Below the pieces are notes generated by a model. It saw only the letters and a program-made list of their open reading frames with translations, ran no database searches and had not been told where the DNA came from. Made by a program: the position numbers and the translations under genes. This document shows, piece by piece, positions 39,703-50,800 of a stretch of 64,000 nucleotides of DNA. Source of the DNA: Trichosphaerium sp. ATCC 40318 (taxonomy: Eukaryota > Protista > Tubulinea); assembly GCA_038496445.1 (NCBI GenBank), contig JALMLS010000527.1, positions 1 to 64,000 of the forward strand, written 5' to 3'. Positions within the stretch are counted from its first letter, which is position 1. Every line of letters starts with the position of its first letter.

Positions 39703-40991
39703 ATGTCTGGTTGTTGTTTCGATTTCTTTACATCTTTTCTTTCAAATTCACTAATAGTTGACGGAAATCGCTATACAAAACAAAGGTATGCCTTGTCAAT
39801 AGTTTTTAGGCTAATGTATTTTTATTTGTAGAAAGATAGGTGAAGGAGGCTTCGCAGTTGTCCATTTAGTACTATCAGAGGCTGATAATAGATTATATGC
39901 CGCCAAAGTGTGCCTGATTCATGATGAAGAGCAAAAAAAGGTAACGTAGCAGTTACTGGGTAAATTCTCCACGTTAACACCCACAAGCAAGCAATGAAGG
40001 AAATTAAAGTATTAGAAAAAATACAGCACAAGAATATTCTACGCATGGTGGGATACTCTGTTTCTCTACAGTACGCCGTTAGAAGTATTTCTCTAGTGAC
40101 GTTTCATTAGTCCATCAATCCCAGAAAGTGAACAGATAATAATCATCACAGAATATCACGAAAGAGTATTACAAAGCGTAATAGACAAGAAATTTGCTCA
40201 ATCGGCAACAATGTCAGAAGTACTCATTTTGAGATTATTCAAAGGCATTTGTGATGGTTTAGCAGCAATGCACAAAGCCGGATACGCGCACAGAGACATA
40301 AAACCGGACAGTATCCCAACAAGTCAATCCACCTTCATAGTTTTTTTCTCTCGTAATCGTTGTTCTTCTTCACTTTCTTATACGTTTTAATGTCAACTGA
40401 AGGCGAAGCTATTCTTATTGATTTTGGGTCAGCATGTAAAGCGCAAGTACGTAGTTGTCTAAAATATCGTGATTACGCCTCTCGTTAACTGCGTATTAAA
40501 ACAAACAGGTGACAGTAAACTTGACAGGAAAAGAGAGGATGAGATTTTTAGAACAAGCCGTTGAACTAACAACGCCATCATATCGCGCACCTGAGGTACT
40601 ACAGTTATTAGTATTAAAACATTAATCTCGTGTAAACTAATGTGATGATTAGCTTTTTGATGTTGGGTTGGTTATTAATGATGATGATATGGCAGCAACA
40701 TCAAGCGATGAGTTACAAGTCAATCTACAAAAAGCTGATATTTGGGCCTTGGGTTGTATGTTGTATGCTATGGCGTTTTTAGAGAACCCATTTGATGATG
40801 CTGTTAAACGAGGAGGTACAGTTCAAATGGCTGTAGTTAATGGACGATATCCTATACCTGAAGATCATGGTTATAGTAAAGGATTTATGGAATTGATAGC
40901 GTTCATGCTTAACACTGATTATAACCAAAGACCTTTGATTTCTGATGTTATGAAACGTGTACATAGTGTGGCAGAGGCACTAAGCGAATGA
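39703..40991 (+). CDS. Ser/Thr kinase, STK16/MPSK1 (NAK) family
   Basis: MSGCC N-terminus, IGEGGFAVV, HRDIKP, LIDFGSA, TTPSYRAPELF, DIWALGCMLYAMAF..NPF. Confidence 0.88.
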
Positions 40992-41193
40992 TAACGTTGG
41001 TTGCGATGATTGAAGGCTGTCAATAAAGCAAATTTTTCTCGATTCGAGAAGGCTCAAGGTCGCTTGCTGAAAAAAAATGTGTTATCTCAAAGGGCGCAGA
41101 TGGTGCTTGAGTAATTTTTTACGCATATGCAAAGTATTTACTGCGTTTCAGACACTTGTTGTGGTACAGTGTATTGATTCAGTGTTTTTCCGT

Positions 41194-41576
41194 TTATTCT
41201 TCCGCTTTTGCGTCAATGGTGATGCCATGAAGTTTTGTGAGTTCCTCTTTGAGTGCTTTGTTGACTTCACGGTGCATTTGTACTGTAGCCGTTATTATTA
41301 TTGCATTATACTATTCTACGCACCCATAGTCTTTCCTTTGAATTTTGGGCTTGTTATTTCGATCTTAAAGAAGTTGTTGGTTGCCGACATGCTTTGGACT
41401 GTTAAAGTCTTACAAGGGCCAAATGAAGCCTTAAGCTTATCTGCGACGCTCTCAGGAGTAGTCAAACCTGTATCTGAGCATGACACATCAAAGGTTCGTT
41501 TAGTTGTGTGGTAGCGAGATACCGGGCGTCGTACGGTTTGTACGCGAACTCTTGATGTGGCAAACGTGCGCAACAT
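41194..41576 (-). CDS. BolA-family protein (BolA3-like, mitochondrial)
   Basis: Presequence MLRTFATSR; FKIEITSPKFKGKTM|VQMHREVNKALKEE..LHGITI across one intron. Confidence 0.85.
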
Positions 41577-41940
41577 TTTTAACTGTGTTGACTTGGAAGG
41601 AATTTATGCAAAGTTGGTCTTCATGTAAATCCTTTTATTTATTCTGGTTTTGTTCTGTGTTTTCAACTGGTAACGTTGGCGTATATGTAGCCTAAACTAG
41701 TGGCTCAGGACTGAATACGCAAGTGGATTGCAGCACCAACCCATGTTGTCAAAAACATAGTTCTTGGATTACAGTATTATTCCTCTAGCTTCTGTAATGG
41801 CAATAATAATGTTAACTACGACGGTTCCTGCTCCAAATCGACCACATATGCTTGCTAACAGGTGGACTGTTGCTTTAAGGCAGTGTTAATATGTACATTG
41901 GTAAGGATCTTCCTAAGCCAAAAAAGAAAATATAAAAGGT

Positions 41941-42012
41941 CCAGGCCCGTAGGCGTAGTAGTGCTACCATACACAATTCGAGAGGCGTACTCCTCTCGCT
42001 GGGATTCGAACC
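41941..42012 (-). ncRNA. tRNA-like sequence with the 3' half preceding the 5' half (permuted or degenerate; no intact anticodon arm)
   Basis: Minus strand: GG-TTCGAAT-CCCAG-CGAGAGG-A gtacg CCTCTCG-aatt-GTGT-ATGGTA-GCAC-tactac-GCC-TACG-GGC-CTGG-acc-TTTT. Confidence 0.5.
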
Positions 42013-42599
42013 AAGAAGAAAAGTCATGTTACTGCTGGATCTGAAATAAATAGTGGTGCAGATTGTTAAAAAACACGAGCAAAACAAAAGGGAAAAAAAA
42101 AGTGGTTATGACAACATAGCATATTAATGCTTCACAAAAACTTTCGAGCCTCTATTCGTCTACTAAAAAAGTAACCTATTCACGCTAACAGTATGTTCAT
42201 TGAAATACACAAAGTTGCAAAAATACAGTCCTAATTCGCGAATAAAACTACGAAAATTACAGGAATTTTAGTTGGGCTGTCACATTTTTTGTGGCAACCC
42301 AAGGTGGTAAAACGATAGATCATAAGTTTGGTTCTGTAAGTGAGCGAATGAAACCTGTACATGAAAGACATACGCCAATCCCAGTGTACGGGAGAAATAG
42401 GTGGGTCCATAGGATATTAATAGCTTCATACAATTTTGCCATCACGTGTAAGTGATAAAGTCAATACGTAGTCAAATTCCCTTACCAATAACGATAAAAG
42501 CGTGCCCGTGGTGACCGTACCTATGTCTGATGCTACTGAAACGTAAAACCTTATTGAAATAACGTTAGTTAATTGTTCAGCTAATCTTAGCCTAGAGAT

Positions 42600-43493
42600 A
42601 TGCAAAACATCCTATATTTACCAAATGAAATACTGGCTCATGTTTTAACACAAATACAAACTTCTAGATTTGCAGCAGCTCAAAGTTGTTCTACCTTCGC
42701 ATCACTCATTCACAACGTAGTTGGGTACACGCACATTATAATATCAAACGTTAAAACAGCGAAAACAATCAGCAAATATCCAGGAATACTTAAACAAACA
42801 AGAGTTAAGGTGAAAGCCACACGTGCAGAATATCTGTGGGGCAATAATTTAGAAACAAATGAAAGTGTTAATGCGCTTGCAGGTGTCCGTACTATTGACC
42901 TTAGCTATACCAACGTGACAGATGAAGGTGTAAAAGCACTTTCAGGCGTTCATTGTATAAATCTTCGTAGAACAAAAGTATCAGATATGGGATTAAAAAC
43001 TTTGGTAGGTGTACATACTATTGATCTTAGATATTGTCGCCATGTGACTGATGAAGGAATCAAATTTCTGGCTGGTGTTCATACTATTGACCTTGATAGT
43101 ACTCAAGTAACAGATAAAGGTGTTAAAGAACTTGCAGGCGTTCACTCCATTAATCTTTGTAAAACAAGTGTAACAGATGAAGGCATTAAAGTACTGGGAG
43201 GTGTGCATACTGTTGATCTCTCTTATACAAAAGTAACAGACGAAGGTTTAAAATCACTGGCAGGTGTTTATACCATTGATCTTTGTTCCACTTTAGTTAC
43301 TGACAAAGGCATTAAAGCTCTTTCAGGCGTGTATAAAATTTTTCTTATATGCACAAGAGTTACAGATGAGGGTATCAAGGCACTAATGGGGTCTCATACC
43401 ATTGATCTACGGCAAACAAGAACAACGGTTGAAGGTATTAACGTGCTGAAAGGTTCTAGAGTTTATCATGGCTTTTCTATTTATGAATTTTAA
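42600..43493 (+). CDS. F-box-like + 21-aa LRR protein, copy 2 (9 repeats)
   Basis: LPNEILAHVL..SRFAAAQSC F-box-like, then LxGVHTIDLxxTxVTDEG repeats. A short exon 1 (MSDATE, ~42523) is possible. Confidence 0.88.
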   Translation: MQNILYLPNEILAHVLTQIQTSRFAAAQSCSTFASLIHNVVGYTHIIISNVKTAKTISKYPGILKQTRVKVKATRAEYLWGNNLETNESVNALAGVRTIDLSYTNVTDEGVKALSGVHCINLRRTKVSDMGLKTLVGVHTIDLRYCRHVTDEGIKFLAGVHTIDLDSTQVTDKGVKELAGVHSINLCKTSVTDEGIKVLGGVHTVDLSYTKVTDEGLKSLAGVYTIDLCSTLVTDKGIKALSGVYKIFLICTRVTDEGIKALMGSHTIDLRQTRTTVEGINVLKGSRVYHGFSIYEF

Positions 43494-43951
43494 CAGCAAT
43501 GCACACTTTACATCTACGACAATATGAATAACTCATCTTACCTACAGAACATTGTATATTCTGTATGAGTAGGATTTCGACTTAACACAAAGCAATCGGG
43601 TTGAGCTGAAGTAAAACAAAATATCCCTTGCGATACAAGCCCATGCTACATTGTAACTCCAATAAACGTTGCTAGTTTACTTGTAAAAAGTTGTCAAAGT
43701 CATAGTGTTCATTACTCAAAAACTTACGATTGAAATCTAACTTCATTCTAGAACTGAATAAATATAGTTTGTTTGCACCACACAATCCAAGCAGGTAATC
43801 GGGATTTTGTTTCAAAAGGCTGAAGTCAAAGATGTTCTCAGTTTAACAGGAATCATGATTGATTGATAGAGCGTGATAAGTTACATATTTTTACTTAACC
43901 TTCAACTGTTGCAACACCTCTTGAAACCTCCAACAACACAAATATACGCAC

Positions 43952-45703
43952 ATGGAACCTTCAACTGAGAAAAAGGTACGTCAAATAACTCTTCAACCTT
44001 TTCACCTTTGGTTTTGTTCTAATCAAACGATAAATAGGTTAAACCCACTTACGAAACATACGTGGAAGAGGAGAAGCATCCAATACGACTTCCAGCAGTT
44101 TTGCAACGAAAAATTATCAAAATGGAACCAGATCTTTATTTAAAATGGCCTCTGATTTCTAAAACCGCGGCGATGGCGACCAGATTCGATGCTAACTTCA
44201 GGAAACACGGAGAGTGGGACCGACATAGAATTTTGCTCGTGATTGATAACACAATCGTAAAAACGGAAATTGTAAAAGAGCAATATTGGACACATGGCAT
44301 ACTATACACCCCCCAACCAGAATGCCGTAAGTTACTTGAACTTCCTGGCGAACTGCAACTAGCTATCGCCGATGTAGACTACGAGATTAATATAAAATGG
44401 GCGCTCTTGTCAAAAGAGGCAGCGATGAACACGAGGTTTGATAGTGACCTGAGGACACGCGGTAAATGGAAACGCTACCTCCTTTGTAACTACGATAACT
44501 ATTCAAAGGCTAATCCACGTCTTTTAATACAAGAGCATCGGCAGTGCAATCTGCTCCATGGCTTACAAGAGATGTGGCACTACAATGGCCTACCGAGACA
44601 GACGGGCAGTTATGACAACAATAGTCGCGAGGGGGAGTTCAAAATTTGGTATGAGCATGGCCAACTTAACGAGCAGTGTCACTACGTAAATCATAAACGC
44701 GAGGGCGACTATAAATCGTGGCATGCGAATGGCAACTTGAGCGAGCAATGTCATTATGTAAATGATAAACGCGAAGGCGAGCGCAAAACTTGGTTTGATA
44801 GTGAGGATGGTGATCTATGGACGATATCCAATTACTCCAACGGCGTGTATGATGGAGAGTACAAAGAGTGGCACCTAAATCGTAAGCTTGAAGTGCATTG
44901 CTATTACAAAGCGGGAAATCTACAAGGGGAAAGCAAAAAGTGGTACAATGATGGTCAACTACAGGAGCATTGTTACTACTCAAACAATGTACACGTGGGT
45001 GAATACAAACGTTGGTACATTAATGGCCAAATGGAGGAGCATAGCGTCTATAAAAACGGACAACGAGAAGGAGATTATACAATTTGGTACAGAAATGGCC
45101 AGAACAGAGTTATGTCATTGCCTAAATGATACAACCAGCACACGCATTTCTTGGCATTCCAACGGCCAGACAGAGGAGCGATACACGTTAGTGAACGGTA
45201 TGAAGCATGGAGAGTACCAAAGGTGGTTTTCCAATGGCCGCTTGAATGAGGTTAGTAGCTACGAAAATGGGGAAAAAGAAGGAGAGTACAAAAGCTGGGA
45301 CTACAATGGCCAATTGCGTGAGCATGGCGATTATGTAGCTGGTGAACGAGAATATTACAAGAGTTGGTACAGCAATGGCCAATTGGAAGAGCATGAGTTT
45401 AATGGGGAGACAAAAATATGGTTTAAAAGTGGTCAATTGATGGAGAATTACATTCACGCCAATGATGAGTATGATGTAGAGTACAAAAGGTGGTATGAAA
45501 ATGCGCAATTGCAAGAGCATGGTCATTACGTAAATGGTGAGTATCACGGAGAGTGGAAAAAGTGGTGGGCCAATGGTAATAAATATTCAGTGTATAATTA
45601 TATCAATGGCAAGCGTGAGGGAAAGTGCACACTATGGTTTAGTGATGGCAGAACAGAAAAGGAGATGTATTACAAAAATGACATTCTCCACTGCGCAAAG
45701 TAA
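43952..45703 (+). CDS. F-box-like x2 + long MORN-variant repeat protein, copy 3, with a frameshift at ~45105
   Basis: Exon 1 MEPSTEKK, phase-0 intron 43976-44037. Two tandem N-terminal modules. Repeats continue from ORF 44062-45129 into ORF 44888-45703 after a one-base frame change. Confidence 0.8.
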
Positions 45704-45821
45704 TACTGCTCAATTCGATTGGCCTTTTGTACAATATTTACCTTAATAAAATATGGATTTTGTTGCTTTATTGTATTTGTGAGGCAAGTGCTTAAAAATT
45801 CTAAGTTGGAAAGTAATGCTG

Positions 45822-47392
45822 CTAGAGGTAAGGTATACCTATACGGCACAGTCCCAAAGAGTATTCTATAAAACAATCACGATAGTCAACACGGCTAATA
45901 CATGCTCTTCTAAGACGACGATCAGTATCCCTAGAAAATCTAGGAGTGGAGGTAGACTTTTCAACATATCGAAGGCCTTTTAGTGATAGAAAAGCATCGT
46001 TAGTAATATGATCACAGTTTTTAAGACCAATTATATAAACACCTGACAACGCTTTTACTCCTTCGTCTGTAATTGAAGTACCATCAAGATTAATGGCATG
46101 CACCCCTACAAGTGCTTTGATGCCTTCATCTGTCACTCTAGTACGAGCAAGATCAATAGCATGAACACCTGCAAGTGCTTTTATACCTTCATCTGTCACC
46201 AAAGTATCTCCAAGGTGAATTGTATGAACCCCTGCGAGTGCTTTTACACCTTCATCTGTAACTGAAGTATTATTGTTAAGGAAAATGGTATGAACACCTG
46301 CGAGTGCTTTGACTCCTTCATCTCCTACTGAAGTATTTCTAAGGAAAACAATATGAGCACCTCTCAATGCTTTAATACCTTCACTGGTCACTGAAGTTCT
46401 ATCGAGGTAAATGGTATGTACTCCTCCAAGCTCTTTTAAACCTTCATCTGTGACATGAGTGCCAGTGAGTTTAATAGTATGAACACCCTTTAATGACTTG
46501 ATGCCTTCATCTGTCACGTTATTGCAGTTTAAAAGATCAATTGTATGAACTCCTGCAAGGGCTTTGATTCCTTCATCTGTCACCAATGTGGAAGTAAGAT
46601 CAATTGCATGTACACCTTTTAGTGCCTTGAGGCCACTGTCTGTGATATTGATACAACGATAAAGAGAAATAGAATGTACTCCTGCAAGTGATTTAAGATC
46701 ACAATCATTGATAACTCCATATTTTACATTATATAACTCTGGGTTTCTTTTGAACGAAGTATCAATGTATTTACATCCAGATAACAATGAATATAATGTA
46801 TTGTTTTCAACATTCATCACAATGACGCTATTTTTCATGATACCTTTGTACTGTCTGACCTTTAAGATGTCTGGGATATCGTAAATATAGACTCTTTCAT
46901 ATCCAACAACCTGATGGATGATATCAGCCATCAAACGACATGACTGAGCAACAGCAAATCTTGATTTCGCATCTGTATGACTTAAAATCGTAGATATAAC
47001 TTCTGGTGGGAAATTGATGATGTTCACTACTTTATGTGAACTTGTTTGTGTTCTTTTAAACTGTTAGCACAAACTATTTACAGTTTCAAAACGCACTTTC
47101 TCTTTTGCTTGTGTTTTGGTAGCGATAGGTCGTCGAAATGTGTCACAGGTATAATAGTTGCATTGTTGGAATGTACTGGAGGCTGTTTGGATGAGATAGC
47201 GCTTGTATCAATACTTTTAGAGAGATATTGGTCGAGTTGGTGTAAAAGGTTCTTGTTTGCAATGTTTAAGATATTTTCAAGCTGGTTTATGAACACTTTG
47301 CGTTGTTTTGTGGTGATTTTACTAAACTGATCTTTGTGGCTGTTGTGATAGTACGTGATTGCTTGATCTACTGAAATACCTGGTAAGCTCAT
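45822..47392 (-). CDS. F-box-like + 21-aa LRR protein, copy 3 (11 repeats)
   Basis: Exon 1 MSLPGISVDQAITYY (47392-47097), phase-2 intron 47053-47096, in frame with VVNIINFPPEVIST. N-terminal part is nearly identical to the 14740-16336 gene. Confidence 0.88.
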
Positions 47393-47839
47393 CGTTTGAG
47401 GTGTTTGATTGTTAAAAGAAGAAAGTACAAAAATAGAAATCAAGTTCGCTGTTAAGTACAGTTACATCTTGATAAAAGTAAAACCACTGTAACCTACCCT
47501 ACAATGTACGCCAAGCAAAATATTGCAGTGTTGGTCTACGAAGTGTAACTGTCGCCAAGCCACATTTTTACAAACTAGTTGAGTCTTTTTCCTTGCACAT
47601 AAATGCGTTAGTAGGGACTCGCAACTACAGTCAAGAGACTCATTGTATCTAAGTACATGACAATATTGTGACACTTGCAACTCAGTCAGCGACTCATTAT
47701 ATCTAAGGGGAATGTTATAACACGGAAGTGTAAAGATGACTAGTTCGAATCTACAAATTGCTCTAATTCATTCCAGTCGCGTGGATAACGTCTGTTTAGG
47801 CGATTTGATCCACTATTAGCTGTTTTTTGTCACAATAAA

Positions 47840-50800
47840 ATGACCGTTGGAAAATTTTTTTGTTTGACGAGAAAAACGAAAGTCTACAAATTTCGTTGTC
47901 AAATACTCGATCAACTGTATTTCGCGGTAGTCCACGCGTAATCACAAGTACGTTTCATTCGCGTTATCTAAACTCAATTATTTAATTTTCGATTGCTTTT
48001 TTTTCAAAACAGTGCTTAAACGATTCTCTTATACTCAATAGTGGCGGGAATACCAAGCGAAGAGCTCTTTGGAGATTTCCTACAAAAAGGTTTTGTAGAC
48101 AAGACAGCCGTACTTACATACGAACCAAAGGAGAAAAAGGATGGTATTAAGGTATGTTTACCATTGGTTTTGTGTTTTGCAAGTTGCTTTTTTCCTTACC
48201 ACTTATTACGTATTTAGTTTCTAGTTGATGGACCAAAACACGAAGAACCAGAGGTTTTTGATAACGGCGATGGTTCTTGGGATATCGGTACGTAATATGC
48301 CTTTTTTGGTTAATGTTGTCCCAATTGCAATATAAAACGCAAACAAACAAACCTTATTTACGGAAATGTAGAGTGGACGCCAAAAGAGGCTGGAGACTTC
48401 TCAATCGTGGTAGTTGCAGATGGTGAAACAATCCCTGGTTGCCCGTTTATTTGTTCTGTCGCAGCTTGTACGCGACACAAATCCTTCAACGTAACACGAG
48501 CTTTCTGACTTTTTTTCTCCATAGCTGAAGAAGAAGCAATTGCAAATCAAGGCGCTCTATCTGTAACAACAAAAGCATCCATTTTTGGGCCTGGCACGTG
48601 GGGAGAGAGTTTGACTGGCGATGGAGAAGCTCAATCTATCACTCTAGTACCACAGACAGCAGACGGTACAGTGTTTATAAATCAAGGCTTCTTGCTAATA
48701 AAAAAATAGGTGAAGCGATTTCATTGCAAGAAAAAGACTTAAACGTACTTATTACAGGACCAGAAGGTGTATCTACAGAGGTATTCGATAACGGTGATGA
48801 CTCATGGGACGTTGAGTTTGAGGTACTTCAAAATTAATCAAACAGTCTCTACTCATCTAACAATATTGCAAAGGCACCAAAGACAGAAGGCACATACAAT
48901 CTTGTTTGCACATATCAAGGGAAGCCTTTATACGATCCAATACCTCTTGCTATTGGACCATCCAAACCTGCACCATCAGACAAGTTGTATTGTTTAATTG
49001 AAGGAAACAATCCCATTCATGATATTGATCGCGTTGCGTACACGATCACATTCAAAGAAGAAGTAAAGGAAGAAGATATTTCAGTAACACTAGCAGCAGG
49101 TTCGTTCACTTTTTCTTTTTTTATTTGCTGAATACTCGTGTTGTTTACATGTTACCCCCTAGGCGACATTAAAGTCATTGTTGAGCTTTATCCTATTGAA
49201 GCAGAAGACTTGGATGATGGCGTTGCAGCAGCTTATGATGTAGAGTTTGAACTAAAGGAAGAAGGATCGTATACCATGGATTTTGTAGTTCGCGGTGAAA
49301 CAGTTGATGGATCTCCAATTAAGTTCGTCACCAAAGGTTACAAAGAAAACGCTAAAGAGTAAGTAATTACGAAATTAACAAGTACTAAGAGTATTATAGA
49401 GCAAAACCTGAAGTAGTAACGCCAGAGGTTGATGCTAAAGCAGAAGAAACAGCAGATGAAGAATCTGCTCCTGTTGAAGAAAACGTAGCAGAGGAAGAAG
49501 ATGAGGAAGAAAAACGTGCAGAAGCTGAAGCTGAAGCTGCACGTAAAGCAAAAGAAGAGGAAGATCAGAAGGTTGCTGAGGAAGAAGCTGCACGTAAAGC
49601 TGCAGAAGAAGAGGCTGCAAAAAAAGCCGCTGAGGAAGAAGCTGAACAAAAAGCAGAGCAAGAACGCATTGCAAAGGAAGCAGAAGAGGCTGCACAGAAG
49701 GCTGCAGAGGAAGCACAAAAGAATGAACCTTATCATCCTAACTGCACCATTGAAGGTGACGGTCTTGATGCAGAAAAAATTAAGATAGGAAGTAAGAAAT
49801 GGCCTTGCTTTAGTGTCACGTTCAAGAACAAAAACGGTACGATTCCTCAACAGATTCCTCCTTTTAATACTTTTTAAGGCGATGTTGTTAAAGTTCCAAA
49901 GCAATCAATACGAACTAGTGTCGATGGTCCTCTTTCACCTGAAACACGTGTATTTGAGAACGGTAATGGGACATATGATGTTGAGTGGTGCCCAAAAGTA
50001 CGATCTTGTGGATTTTTCTGTTTTGCTCTTATCTAAATGGTTTATTAGTGCCCTGGTAAACACTCTGTATTTGTACAATGGGGTGGCAAGAATGTTGGCG
50101 ATAGCCCATTTGAGATTGAAGTCATTGATTGGCTAAAACGAAAGCTAGAAGAACAGAAAAAAAAGGAAGCAGAAGAGGCCGAACAAAAGGCCGCTGAGGA
50201 AGAGGCTGCACGTAAAGCCGCTGAAGAAGAAGCTGCTAAAAAAGCTGCTGAGGAAGAAGCAGCAAAAAAAGCTGCTGAAGAAGAAGCAGCTCGTAAAGCT
50301 GAGGAGGAAGAAGCTGCCAAAAAGGCCGCTGAGGAAGAGGCTACACGTAAAGCCGCTGAAGAAGAAGCTGCTAAAAAAGCTGCTGAAGAAGAAGCTGCAC
50401 GTAAGGCTGCAGAAGAAGAGGAAGCAAAGAAAGCACGAAAAGCAGAAGAAGAGGCTGCCAACAAAGCTGCTGAGGAAGAAGCTGCACGTAAAGCCGCTGA
50501 AGAAGAAGCAGCAAAAAAAGCTGCTGAAGAAGAAGCTGCTCGTAAAGCTGAGGAGGAAGAAGCTGCACGTAAAGCTGCTGAGGAAGAAGCTGCACAAAAA
50601 GCAGAACTCCAACGTAAAGAAGAAGCAGAGCAAAAAAAGAAGCAAGAGCTAGAAACTCAAAAGGCTGAAGAAGAGAAGAAACAAGCTGCCGAAGCAAATA
50701 AACCAATAGTATTGGAAACAACAACAAGGTACACCAATCATTTTTTACAAAAGTCCTCGTTAACGCGACTTGTGTAGTGTCCAAGAAACCAAACCTCAAG

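Noticed and set aside
41941-42012. Functional canonical tRNA or two-piece tmRNA
   Set aside because: Halves are in reverse order, the anticodon arm is missing, and there is no alanine G3-U70 identity or tag ORF.
42600-47400. Endogenous giant virus or provirus
   Set aside because: No capsid, polymerase, packaging ATPase or integrase gene. The genes have host-type introns and AATAAA signals and are flanked by housekeeping genes.
49338-50799. Several minus-strand Phe/Ser/Leu-rich ORFs (also 312-551 on +)
   Set aside because: Shadows of low-complexity coding repeats on the opposite strand.
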